A stretch of 63,950 nt of DNA, the filler included, from Licmophora abbreviata (lineage: Eukaryota): the NCBI GenBank assembly GCA_900291995.1. It is 8 parts of 8 records of this genome, joined end to end, with 100 filler letters (N's around TTAATTAATTAA, not from the genome) between each part and the next. Parts side by side here need not be neighbours in the genome. Positions count along the whole stretch, not along the records: positions 1 to 6,984 come from OLMU01003270.1; positions 7,085 to 13,141 come from OLMU01003271.1; 6 more parts are not named here. One strand, written 5' to 3'. The notes beneath the pieces are model-generated. The model was not told where the DNA came from and made no database searches. It saw nothing but the letters and a program-made list of their open reading frames with translations. The translations under genes were made by a program, and so were the position numbers. Positions 1 through 11,407 of this stretch are shown in pieces. How positions within the stretch are numbered: position 1 is the stretch's first letter; every line of letters begins with the position of its first letter.

Positions 1-293
1 GCTGTGTTGGATTTTCATTAAATAAACTTGTCGCAGACGTACGTCACAAACGACAAAGGCCGTTTCGGGCAAACGCACGCGACGTGGACACATCGGTAGA
101 CGTACAAACGTACGATATCATAGATGTTTGACATGCCGTGCGACACACGGCGGCGCGCGCGGCCTAAAAGAAAACATTCAATCCAGTTCAAGCGCCGCGT
201 TGTGCAAGTGTTGTCGAAGTAGGTTGAAGGTGTCAGAGACCTCCTCCTCCCTTTCCCCCCTCGTTCGGCCTCCGTTTCTGCATCATCGAAACC

Positions 294-3200
294 ATGTCAT
301 CATCGTCGACATCTCTGGAAGCAAGGATGGGAGTTTTTGTCCCGCGTCGTCGTGACAACATCCCAGATGTTCTGTTTACGAGGAGTCTGGGACAGGGCCA
401 TCGGACCTCCGCGGGTGGGATTTCTCGTTGTAGTAAACCGGCTAGAATGGCATCTACATTGTCTTCAGCTGTGGCCTGGAATCCTGGTCGCTTGCAGAAC
501 ATGATTCTAGCTGTGGGACCAGGGACTCCTGCCTCGGCGCTCCTCGACGCTGACCCGATTGGTATTCCATCAACGTCCTCTGAAGAAAACGACGACGAAT
601 CTGATGAGTCGGACCAAGAAGAAAATCGCCATATACAGGAGGGGCAGGCTTGTCATGATGTAGAGGAATCAAATGATGAAGAGGATGAGGACTCGAATGA
701 GGCAGCTCTAGGGCTCGGGCGGGCCATGTGGCTTCTTAGTAGGCAGCTGCAAGAGGTGGAATCCGACGAAAGCTCATATGAATACCTGGAAGAGGACCCA
801 GACATCTCTCCGCCAATTCCTACCGGAAAGCTCGTTTCGTCGATGCGTCATGGGGGCTGCATTAATACCGCAAGCTGGTTGACATCCCCGTGGCGGCTCT
901 CGCTGGCGGGACATGAGGATGGGGAGACGTCGGCGCATGTCGTGGATTGCCAAGAACATCCAACGCAGCTTCTGACTTCGGGCGACGATATGGTCGTCAA
1001 AGTCTGGGATTTACGATTTGCCATGGGGTCGTCCAATCCACTTCCAGGTGGGCGATACGTTCAGCCACCGTTCGCGGATCTGTCTCAGACCGAACCGTGC
1101 GACTGGAAAAAGCACTTTGCGAACCACAAAGCCCCAGTCGCTGGCAGTGTCATCCTCTTGGCGACCCTTCAGACAGGTCATCTCAACAATGTGTTTCATG
1201 TCGCGCCTCTAGATCATCATCCCGGGAAAGTTTCTACTTGTGGTGCAGATGGTGAGTAAATGCAGTGATGTTTCTCTTGCGGCAACTGTTACATCTGATC
1301 AATGCTCGCGATTACAACTCACATCTTCATACTTCGTAGGATACTTGCGGATATCAGACATAACAGTTCATCTGGGGCTTCCACTGTTGTCGTAAGCCCG
1401 GAAAATGATCAAGACTACACTACTGGCCTGCTTCCGGCAAGTTTGCTGCGCCACCGAACAAGGATGTGTTTTTCGCATCATTTTCTAGACGCGAACTGTG
1501 GACTGCTCTGTGGCGAACGGGGCTTGAAACATTTCGATATACGCATGAGCCCTCGGGGGCAACGGTCCAGGTCTCTTTTGGGGAACAATGACGAGATTTG
1601 TAAGTCGTGCGCCATTTGGTCAGGTGCCGCCGCGACTTCTGACGGTGTGGATTCAGCGTATGTATTCGGTACGTGTTGGTGTCTTCTCCATGGCCGCATA
1701 TGTCTGATCGTAAACTAACGCATCCATCACAAACGACGTGCGAACACCAACAGCCGGTGGATCGTCAGGGGACGTGACGTTGTTCGATCTTCGTATGACA
1801 GACCCTGATGCGAACAAGGTAGTGCAGAGATATTGCCCCAGCCGAATACAATCCAAGGCAGTCTCGGTCAGTGGCCTTGATATAACAAAAGACAAGCGTG
1901 AGCTACTGGTCTCGTATGAGAATGACCAGATATACACCTTCCCGATTTTTCCGGACGTCAGATCGGCAGCTGGTCCGACTATAGATGAAATCAGTGGGTG
2001 TTGCCGATCTGCTGATACGAGACCAGATCGTCGTTTGAATGAGCTTGCAGTCATTGGAGGTCACTTGAATCGCTTCACGTTTCTCAAAAGCGCCAAGTAC
2101 GCCGGTCCAAACGATGAATACATCGTAACTGGTAGTGATTCTGGGAATGCTTGGATTTACGAGAAGGCGTCTGGTGTCGTCTCCTCGTTGATGTTCGCTG
2201 ATCGCTCTACGTGCAACGGAGTTATTCCTCATCCTACTTTGCCTATATTTGCGACTTATGGTATCGATTCTACTGCAAAGCTATGGAGAGCGACTAATCC
2301 CGTTGACGGAGATGACTCTCCTCTCGGCCGTGCTAGGCGCTTCCATCAGCAGAGGTACAAAAAGAGCCCGATCGTTCAGAACTACAATTTCGTTGAAATG
2401 GCCATGGCTCTTGATTGTGATATGGAGGGTGAAAGTGGGGGCGACGTGGTGGGCCTTCTTCCTGATCAGTTACCTGCGAGCAACATTACTCACCACAGCT
2501 CGATCAACATGGGCGGAATAGTCTTCGAGCAGCGAAGGCGATGCAGCCGTGATGGCGAAGCGGGCTATACGATCGGGAACGATCTTCGCCATTTGGACGC
2601 TGTTGTCCAAACCAATTTCTATGACTGCGCTATAGCAAGCACAAGCGGCGCGCAGAAACCTGTACAAAGTGGGCTGCGTGAGCTCCAGGGGCGTATTTCA
2701 AACATTCGCCTGCGGCACCAAGCAGACCAGCGTGGGCTCCTCTGGAACAGTAGCATCCCGTGGATTCTGCGCAGTCGCGAAAGATACCTCGGGGCATTCT
2801 TGGGCGACGTTGGGGCCGCATGTAGTGTCCAAGTTGCTGGTGAAAATGCTTATGGAAACCTTGCCGACTTGGTTCCTGAGAGCCCGTCTGACTGGATTCC
2901 TTTTGATCAAAACATGGTTAGGCAGCCCTTGCCTTGCGGGACGCATGTTAATCTTGATCGCTACTCTGAATTCTACGCGGAGCACTACAAAATTGGACTC
3001 TCCTCCAGCAACGAATTCCTGTCGGACAAAGGGATTCCTTGGGTGTCGCGAGTCAAGTCGTCGGGGGCGATAACCAAGGATAGCACATCAGAAGGATGTC
3101 TCATCCGTGAGGCTGCGACTGAAGGGACCGCAGAGCTGCCCATCCCGCCACCAGGATACAGTTTTGATATTGACCATGCTCTGAGTTTACTTTATGAAAC

Positions 3201-3792
3201 AGCTCTTCTGCTTAAAGCTGGAGGTAACGCTGCTCTGGCGGCGGGGTCGACCATGGAAGCTGCTCGACGTTACGATCGAGCCATCAGATACTGTTCTCTT
3301 GCACACATGGACTGCGGCAAGAAAAACGAAGACTTGCATGCCAAGACTCACCTCCGATGGACTGTCCTGAGAAAGCTGCTCGTAATGACCAGACTGAACT
3401 TGTGTATGGTGCTCACAAAGCTTGATACCAAGGCGGCCATGGATCAAGGCACACTTGCCCACCAAGAATTGAGTGCATTCTGCAGACGCAAGGGGAAGAT
3501 ATTATGTGGAACGAAACTCGACGCCGTGTACAAGCATGACGAGCCGGAGAAAACTTACATGGAAGCCAAGGAATTGGAAGCCAAGACGTTCTTTCGACTT
3601 GGCTGTGTACAAATGATGAGATTTGACTACGAAGAGGCAGTCGAGAGCTTCGAGGAAAGCGTCAAGTGCATGAAGGAACTATCGAAAGATCCTGAAGTGC
3701 CACTACTGCGCCGACTGGTCGAGGCAAAGCGCGAGCGCTCCAGGAAAACCAAGAGACAAAGAAAAAAGTTCAAGGGGATGTTTGAGAGCTAA
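294..3792 (+). CDS. WD40-repeat protein (DCAF8/WDTC1-like) with C-terminal TPR-like region; 3 exons, probable 1-nt frameshift near 1362
   Basis: WD motifs HGGCINT..W, LLTSGDDMVVKVWD, GHLNNVFH, YIVTGSDSGNAWIYE, HPTLPIFATYGIDSTAKLW. TPR-like LKAGGNAALAAG..EAARRYDRAI and AKTFFRLG. Introns 1252-1339 and 1669-1753 (GT..AG; ACTAAC branch point in the second). Confidence 0.8.
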
Positions 3793-4234
3793 AAGTACGT
3801 ACCAGGTAAGAAGCACGAAGTATTCAATACGCCGTGCCTCTAGGAAGCTCCGAAACAAAGTACTGATTGGAATTGGATCCATCCGGCGCTAGTAGGCTAT
3901 GATAGAAGAGATGGGCTACCTGTTGATACCACTAGTCTGCTCGTACGGTAGCTAGACTAGGCGTCTGGAGGGAATGGTTCTATCGGCAATGGCATTCATG
4001 CCACTGGTAGGGGGTACCGGTATGCAAGCGCCAGACGCGAACAAGTAGAGATTGGTTGGTGGTATCTTCGACAAAGTGAAACCTAAGTGATAATGTTGTA
4101 CCAAAGTTAAGATTGCCACTGTTTCCTGACGGTCGCGACATGAGCGGACCCTCTACAATGTTCCCCCGACAACAAAACCTAGATGGGGTACAACCGCGCA
4201 TGTACAAGCATCTGTAAGGGGACCTTCTAGTTCC

Positions 4235-4930
4235 TTAGATGTATGGGAAGCCTCCTCCGGTGATAGCGGATCCAGTAACCATTCCTCCGATGGCGATCAT
4301 CGCGAGGCGTCCATTCTTAAGCTCCTTAATTTGCATTTCCTTCTGCTTTGCTGCATCTTTGGGGTACAGATTCAAGGGATCGAAGCCAAAGTTACCCGGT
4401 TCGCGATCGTACTCGTTCATGTTCGCAAGCGCAGGGAAGGAGACCGCCTCAAGAAAGGAGATCCATCCGAAAATCTGGATCATGGAATCAGGAAGAGCAT
4501 CGTGGGCATCGATGACTTTTGGGATGGATTCAAACGAGAATTGCTCTCCCGGCACGCGTACAAACTCGGGGACAATGAAACCAACGGTAGCAAGCATGGC
4601 AGCTCGGCCGTGCTTCAACTCGGCCTCGCGGAACCACGGGACCCACTCTGGAGCTTTCTGTGGACGTTCAGGGGGAGAAACGTGTGAGGTGGATCATGCA
4701 CCATCTACCAGGTATTGCGCGTCCTGACACCTGCATACACGTACCTCCGCAAGGCCAAGGGGGTCGAAGTCAGTCGACTTCAAAGGAGGCCACATTGGTT
4801 CAGGACCATCGTTTCCGGGGTAGCCATTGACAAAAGCATCGAGCGATGTCTTGGTGGTTACTGAGCTGGAGGGGGCAAAAGCAGCTGCCGAGCCGGCAAG
4901 AGCGGCGAGAACGAGCGCAAACTTGGCCAT
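4235..4930 (-). CDS. Lhcr: Light-harvesting fucoxanthin-chlorophyll protein, Lhcr-type; 2 exons
   Basis: SAAAFAP presequence; FDPLGLAE|KAPEWVPWFREAELKHGRAAM; ELKNGRLAM; intron 4658-4744. Confidence 0.93.
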
Positions 4931-5201
4931 GGTCGAAGTTGGAAAGATCTGTGAAGAGCAGTACCACGGCTCCGTACGTAAAAGAAGATTTGCCTTTCCC
5001 GGAGTTCAACATGACTTTTCGAGCTCTGGAGCGGGAAAGGTCAGTACTGGCTTCTCTGTACAGAGCTACGGCGAGATCCAACTGGCGAGACCTGTCTGAC
5101 ATCTGACGTTCGAAGCAGTCGAAAGTTGGGAAAGATACGCCTTCAAGCACTGCATGGACGGAACACGCCTTATACTCAACCAGAACCGCAAGAACACCAC
5201 G
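4931..5201. promoter_or_regulatory. Compact bidirectional promoter between two divergent Lhcr genes
   Basis: About 270 bp between the two start codons; contains TGACGT (5104-5109), a bZIP/aureochrome-type core. Confidence 0.55.
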
Positions 5202-5994
5202 ATGAAGATCATTGCTGCTCTCCTAGCTCTCTCTGGCGTGGCCAGTGCCTTCACGGGCACCCCTCTTACCACGTCTGTGAAGTCGGCGAGCGCTCCCTTG
5301 AGCATGGCGGTTTGGGACGACTATGTTGGAGGCGTCAATTTCGCGGGCAAAGAGTACAAGTTTGACCCTGTACGTTCTGAACAAAGACCGTTGGATCGAG
5401 GTGGTTTGTGCTGAAGACTGACGTTTGATCTCCTCCCACGCTTCTCCTCGCAGCTTAAGCTCTCAGAGACGTATTCGCCGTTTGTGCCCTTTTTCCGTGA
5501 GTCCGAGCTTCGCCATGGACGCACCGCCATGATTGCCGTGCTGGGATGGGTTGTTGCCGACCTTGTCCGTCTCCCAGGCGACATTTACTCTTTCTCCTCT
5601 GTTCCTTCTTCCGTCGACGCTCACGACTCTCTCGTGGCTAGTGGGCCGCTTGTCCAGCTGTTCGGCTGGATCGCTCTGTGGGACATCTGTATCACAGCCC
5701 CTGCTGTTGGAGCCATGAACAACGGAGAGCGTGCACCAGGTGGTAAGTAGACATGACCATCTTTGTAGGTCAATCCGTGCGCACATGCCAACATTTCTAA
5801 CGTACCAGCTCTTGACTATCGCGTGAATATGTGCAGACTACTCTTTTGACCCCCTGAACCTCTACCCCAAGGACGCCGCCAAGCAGGAACAAATGCAAGT
5901 CAAGGAACTCATGAATGGCCGATTGGCAATGATGGCCTTCGGGGGTATTGCTACTCAGTCCGTTATGAGTGGAAACGCGTTCCCTTATCTCTAA
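5202..5994 (+). CDS. Lhcr: Light-harvesting fucoxanthin-chlorophyll protein, Lhcr-type; 3 exons
   Basis: VASAFTG presequence; FDP|LKLSETYSPFVPFFRESELRHGRTAM; last exon FDPLNLYPKDAAKQEQMQVKELMNGRLAMMAFGG..FPYL*; introns 5370-5453 and 5743-5836. Confidence 0.92.
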
Positions 5995-6152
5995 AGGATT
6001 ACTTGCTGTTATGGGTATGTCGAACCCCCAGTAGCAATTACAATGGACTCTAACCTCACACTTGTATAGAGGAGCACTGTGATATCTCTGGCTAGACGAA
6101 CATTCTGGTCTGCCTAGTTCTTTCTTATCTACGTCGTAGACTAGTAAAGTAA

Positions 6153-6984
6153 TTAAAGAGCCATGGCATCGTAAAGAGGAACATCGCCCAACTCGCTCAA
6201 ATTGTCCATGTATGCACGAAGCTTCGAAGGCCATTCAACTCCTTTCACAATAGTGATGGATCGAAGACGAGCCCATAGATCGATATCATCAAAGCACAGG
6301 CCTCCTTCGGTGCAGTGGTGTTCACAGAAGACGATATCATCCAGTTCGACAAGTTTCGCCGTGAGTTCTTCGACCAGGGGGGCTGGATCTTGGGCCATGG
6401 CTTCGGCATAGAGAGCAAGCTTCTCGTCCATGGGCATGCCCGCTGGGTTTTCGTCATTTCCCTTCCACTCTGGCTTCTCGTATGGAGGCAACTGATGGTT
6501 TTTAATGAAAGCATGACGTCCATCAAGTTGCTGGAACTCTGGGAGGAGACCAGTTGCGACGTATCGAGGGCGCTGCAACGTCCGCAACAGAGTCTGAACT
6601 GATTTTTGCCACTCCTTCAGGTCGGTTCGTCCCGAGGCAGGTTTCAGCACGCCAGTCTCACCGAAACGTTCGTCTCGATCCACCAATTGAACAATATCCA
6701 TAGATTCGGCCATAACCACTTTGTCCTCGGGGAATTCCTACGTTTTGAGCGAAGAGTCGATCACCGTCTTGTGAGCACACTATGTCTGTTCGTAAATGAT
6801 TGGGTTCCCTTCCTCTGTCCCTACTTACAAAGATGGGTGCAATTTTCTTGCCAACAAGCTTAGTAGGCGTTGGAATATCATCGTTCGCTAAGAATTGAAG
6901 GTTGTGCTTGATATTCTTTATTCCAAAGGCAAGTCTAACGCGAACGCAAAAGGGACAATGGTCGTACACGTAAAGGGTGGGCAG
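6153..6984 (-). CDS. grxB: Glutaredoxin-2 (GrxB-type, GST-like fold); 5' end lost in gap
   Basis: LYVYDHCPFCVRVR active site, MAESMDIV, DDIDLWARLRSITIVKGVEWP (GrxB C-terminal pattern); intron 6738-6828. Confidence 0.85.
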
Positions 6985-7084
6985 NNNNNNNNNNNNNNNN
7001 NNNNNNNNNNNNNNNNNNNNNNNNNNNNTTAATTAATTAANNNNNNNNNNNNNNNNNNNNNNNNNNNNNNNNNNNNNNNNNNNN
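6985..7084. other. Assembly gap spacer (N-run with TTAATTAATTAA six-frame stop linker)
   Basis: The same spacer also occurs at 13142-13241, 17905-18004, 38152-38251, 41873-41972, 53249-53348 and 58311-58410. Confidence 0.97.
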
Positions 7085-7244
7085 CGAAGCGACGACACGA
7101 CGACCACATTCATCCTTGATGTACCCTCGACTCGCCATCGGCTCACTCACTCTATCTCACACACTCAGTTCTTTTCAGCAAGAGAAAATCCTGTTCGAGT
7201 AGCATAGGACCTTGAAGAACCCTTTTCTGTGAATCTTGAATAGT

Positions 7245-8402
7245 ATGACGCAAATGAAACTTTCTTCGTTGCTTTTGAGCATGCTTTTGTCGCCAGCGGC
7301 GCGCGCCTTTGCCCCTCGACCATCACTACTCTCCACTCAGTCGGCGAGAAGCGGCCATTTTCCGAAATGGATGTCCCCGCAGCCAGATAACACCAACAAC
7401 TCCGCAACATTCTCAAAGGAGATCATGGATGAGGCCAGTGAGGCGCTCACTTCGGTTGGGTGGGCCCCGCCAGTGGACGACGGGGAGCTCACTTCTGACG
7501 ACCCGTTTGTAATGAATATTGATGCCTCGATCCAGCAAGAGATGGGTGTCGGTCTAGATGAGCTCCTGAATCCAGCAAAAGTTGTCAATCTGGAGCGTGA
7601 CTTGTACAATCTACGACTGGAACTTGCTGCGTTGACCGGCAGGACTGACTTTGACGGTACGTCGACAGAGGAGCAGGACTATGACGGCAGTGGAGGAGGA
7701 GACGAGGCCGACGCTCTGCGGAAAACGATTGCAAAGAAGCAGGCAGATTTGATCATTGAGCGGAGGTCGGTTTTCCGTGGCTGGCTGAAGAATGTCTTCT
7801 TAGTACAGGCTGCTTTGAGTTTCGTGGTTTCGTTTGTCATGGCAACCAATCCCGAAGCTCTGTTTGGCGGAAACGACTGGTACTACAACTATCAAATGTA
7901 CGTAGTGAGCAACACTGGGACGCCCGAACGGATCTCTGTTCCTAAATGTATTGCACTCACACACTTCCCTACTTTCTCTCCGAAAGGGACATGCCAATCC
8001 GTGTGCTTGGGTTCTGGTGGTGGTGGTTGTTCGTCGTTCCGTCCCTGAGATCACGACGCCCCAAGGGCCCAGAGAAGAAGGCTCTTGACATTGCATTCCT
8101 GGGGACACCATTGATCTCTCTCGTCGCTCCTGCTGTTACGAAGGACACGGGTTTGATCTGGGGAGGTCAGTGTGCTTCGGGTTATTGTTCGAATGCGTTC
8201 TCTGCTTTTGCTCGACTCTGACTTGCTTTGATTTCCTCTCTCAGCGAACTTTCTCGTCGTGGTGGCTAGCTATGGATTTGCATTTACGGTTGGTGCCAAC
8301 GATGACGAAGATGCGGACGAAAGCAACCAACCACAGTGGCTGAAATTCATCTACAAGAGTCTGGACTTTGGAAGCGGGCGTGAGCGCGGAGCAAGGAAAT
8401 AG
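7245..8402 (+). CDS. Plastid-targeted membrane protein, RPH1 (Resistance to Phytophthora 1)-like; 3 exons
   Basis: ARAFAP presequence; ERRSVFRGWLKNVF and GFWWWWLFVVPSLRSRRP..EKKALDIAFLGTPLISL resemble plant RPH1 transmembrane segments; introns 7898-7986 and 8166-8244. Confidence 0.68.
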
Positions 8403-8791
8403 GAGTAGTAGTACTAGCTAGCGAGAACCCCTCCACAACGAAGCATTCTCGAGGTGGACAACTCTTCACGTATGTTGTAAGTGTGAGAAGTCGTCAAGCT
8501 ATAGCTTAATCCATACCGTTGTATGTACCTTACCGATATCGATACGGTACAATACGGTACCACCAGGAAGTCAACGCCGGACCGCAAGGGCGACGGGTCT
8601 TGAGTTTTGAGTTTTGTCCTTGTGTACGACGGACAGACAAACGAGCTTCCTGGTACACGATCTACGAGGTCGCCAGAAAACCCGACTGCTCGCCTGTCAA
8701 CGCGGAACACATGACCGAGAGACCAACAACTGCAGGAGGTCGTAACTTGCTTGTCGGACTGTTTGCGACAGCTCTAAAACCCAGACAAACT

Positions 8792-9725
8792 ATGTTCAAC
8801 CTGTTTGGGAAAAAGAAGACTCCAGAAGGGTCGACGGTATCCGCATCGTCGGCGAGACCTCCGGCAGATCCGCAGTCGACCATTGTCAAGCTGCGGGAAT
8901 CGATTGCCATTCAGGAGAAGCGGTGAGTTTTTCGTATTCATAGTCTTGTTTTCTTTATTGTAGTGATTCTTCTTGACTGTTCCGAAGCTTCTGATTCGTG
9001 AGCGACGATGAGAGTCTTGAACATTTCGTGCGCCATGTACTCCTCGTCTTATCATGCTTTCGTGGTCGTATCCTTCTGTGTCGGTGCAGAGAAGAACACA
9101 TTGACCTTAAGGTACAAAAAATGGTCAAAGAAGCGAAAGAAAAGCTCGGAAGAGGCGACAAGAAAGGTGAGCTAGAACCGAGAGACGTTTCCAGTCTTGC
9201 TTGCACGCGGGAATATGATTCTTACTGCCTCGCTATGACCCCCCAGGCGCCTTATTTGCCATGAAGCGAAAGAAACTGTACGAGGCGGAGGCGGATAAAA
9301 TTCAGAATGTCAAAATGACACTGGAGACCCAAGTCATCAATCTAGAATCGGCGGCGCAGAATGCTCAAACTTTCAAGGCCATGGAAGCGGGCTCCAAAAC
9401 AATGAAAAAAATACGCACGGATGTGGGTCTTGAACAGGTCGATGATATCATGGACGAAATCAAGGAAGAAATGGAAATGGCTCAGGAAATCAACAGCGCC
9501 ATTGCTCAGCCTGTGGATCCATTGCTGGCAGACGAGGACGAACTCTTGGCAGAACTCAATGAGCTGGAAACATCCGATCTCGAGGCAGAACTCCTCAAAC
9601 CGACACCTAAGGTCCATGACGATGCTATATCCTTACCGCAAGTACCAGACTCCAAGTTGCCGGCCTTCGCAAAGGACGACGAAGAGGATCTGAAGCAGCT
9701 CGAGGCTGAACTGGCGGGCCTGTAG
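8792..9725 (+). CDS. VPS32: ESCRT-III subunit Snf7/Vps32 (CHMP4); 3 exons
   Basis: MFNLFGKKK..IVKLRESI..EKR|EEHI; ALFAMKRKKLYE; TLETQVINLESA; DEDELLAELNEL; C-terminal DLKQLEAEL; introns 8923-9089 and 9167-9246. Confidence 0.93.
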
Positions 9726-9785
9726 TTTGCTTCTATGTTCCCCTCCTGTAATTAGACGTGCACTCGGTACTATCAACATGCTACC

Positions 9786-11030
9786 TCACTCGCCTTTCGA
9801 ATCGACCTTTGCTCGAGCCACAATTCCGTCCTGCAATCGACGATTCTGTTCTTCAGTGCTGGCTCCTGTCCCCAGCCTATCGACTGACGTGTACCCGTGG
9901 GCCGTCAGACCGCCAATGAGGTTTGCATCAATCTTGTCTAAGGAAGGGATCAGTTCCTTCAGCCTCTGACGATACTCGTAGTCCTCCGCAATGGGATTGT
10001 ATTCGAGATATATCTCTTCCAGACAAGCGCCGTCCCGTGTACCCAGATGTGAAAGAGGTTGCACGTTGTCAAAGCTGCTAATCTGATTCCCACCCAGCCA
10101 CAAGTCATTCAACGACGTCATATGTGCAAACATTTTCGTCGTAGTAAGTTGGTTTCGACTCAAATCAAGTGTCACCAGCTCGGTGAATGCAAGTCCGATG
10201 CCGGTGTCCACGGAAGCACCATCATCTGTGATGCCATTATGAGCGAGATAGAGCTCTTCAAGAGTATCTACCTGCGTCTCCAAGTTGGATACTTCCGTTA
10301 GACGATTCGACTGGACATCTAGGCGCCGCAGTTTCGTGAGCTTGCTGATACCTTGAATTACTTCGATTTTATTCTTGCCAAGCCACAGCTCTTCAAGATC
10401 GACGAGCCCAGATAATTCTTCCTCTTCCATGACTCGAATTCGATTTGCGCCTAGATCAATTTTCCTCAGCTTCTTGAGGCTCTTTATACCAGCGATTGAC
10501 TTCAACTTATTGTTTGCAAGGTAGAGCTCTTGAAGATTGGGACAGAATTGTACGGGTTTCATGTCACGGATGGCATTGTAGCTCATATCCAGAACCCTCA
10601 AAGTGGGCCCAGGCGCTCCACCAGCACCCTCGTTCAGCGCCCCTAGGACATCAATCATGTTGTCGTAGAGTTCCAATAGCTCGAGATCCTGGAATCCACT
10701 CAGTCCTTCCATCGTTTGAATGAGATGCGAGCGAAGAACGAGCTGCTTCAGGTGCGGATTGCATAGGTCGCTGAGGTTTGTGCCCATCTTCGTTATCTTC
10801 TGGCCCGCAGTTCCAACAACGACAAGCTCCTCGTCCTGGGGATCGATATCCATGACATCCTGCGGAAGACGGACGACTGCATCTCTTCCTCCTTCGGCCT
10901 CTGTCACCCGCGTCCAGTCAAGAGGCAGCGATCCCACCTGCGCGTGGCGCTTCAGAGGCTCTTCTTCCTCTTTCCCCCCCTCCGTTGAATTTTCTTCCTG
11001 GACTTCCTTTTCCGCTTCCTTTCCTTCCAT
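9786..11030 (-). CDS. SDS22: Protein phosphatase 1 regulatory subunit SDS22/PPP1R7 (LRR)
   Basis: About 11 SDS22-type LRRs (LELLELYDNMI, LEELWLGKNKI, LDVQSNRL, LEELYLAHNGI) and LRR-cap IYLEYNPI..YRQRL..IPSLDKIDAN; first ATG at 11030. Confidence 0.85.
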   Translation of the reverse strand: MEGKEAEKEVQEENSTEGGKEEEEPLKRHAQVGSLPLDWTRVTEAEGGRDAVVRLPQDVMDIDPQDEELVVVGTAGQKITKMGTNLSDLCNPHLKQLVLRSHLIQTMEGLSGFQDLELLELYDNMIDVLGALNEGAGGAPGPTLRVLDMSYNAIRDMKPVQFCPNLQELYLANNKLKSIAGIKSLKKLRKIDLGANRIRVMEEEELSGLVDLEELWLGKNKIEVIQGISKLTKLRRLDVQSNRLTEVSNLETQVDTLEELYLAHNGITDDGASVDTGIGLAFTELVTLDLSRNQLTTTKMFAHMTSLNDLWLGGNQISSFDNVQPLSHLGTRDGACLEEIYLEYNPIAEDYEYRQRLKELIPSLDKIDANLIGGLTAHGYTSVDRLGTGASTEEQNRRLQDGIVARAKVDSKGE

Positions 11031-11407
11031 TGTGTCTCTCCTGGTGCCAACGCGTTGCACGACTGATACTATGATGCTCTCGAGAGTACGACGAAGGCTC
11101 TACTGAGTAGTTCTTACCTACAGAGACGAGAGACTTCTCATTTCTCATGCAAAAAGTAAACAGATGCAAGTACAGCGCGCTCGATGAGCGCTAAACTACA
11201 CGAGAGCTCGAGCTCCACACTTCGCACCTCGCGCCAGCCTCCACGTGAAACTCTCATCGCCATAACACGGCAAAAAAGTGGATCAATCAAAGAGGGCCGT
11301 CATCAAACCTATCCATCATCACTGTCCAAGCTGTACCGGAGTCTTGTCGACCCACTCCAGCTTTAAGACTCTTGAAGGAACGGGAGTGTCATTAGAAAGT
11401 TGAGGAA

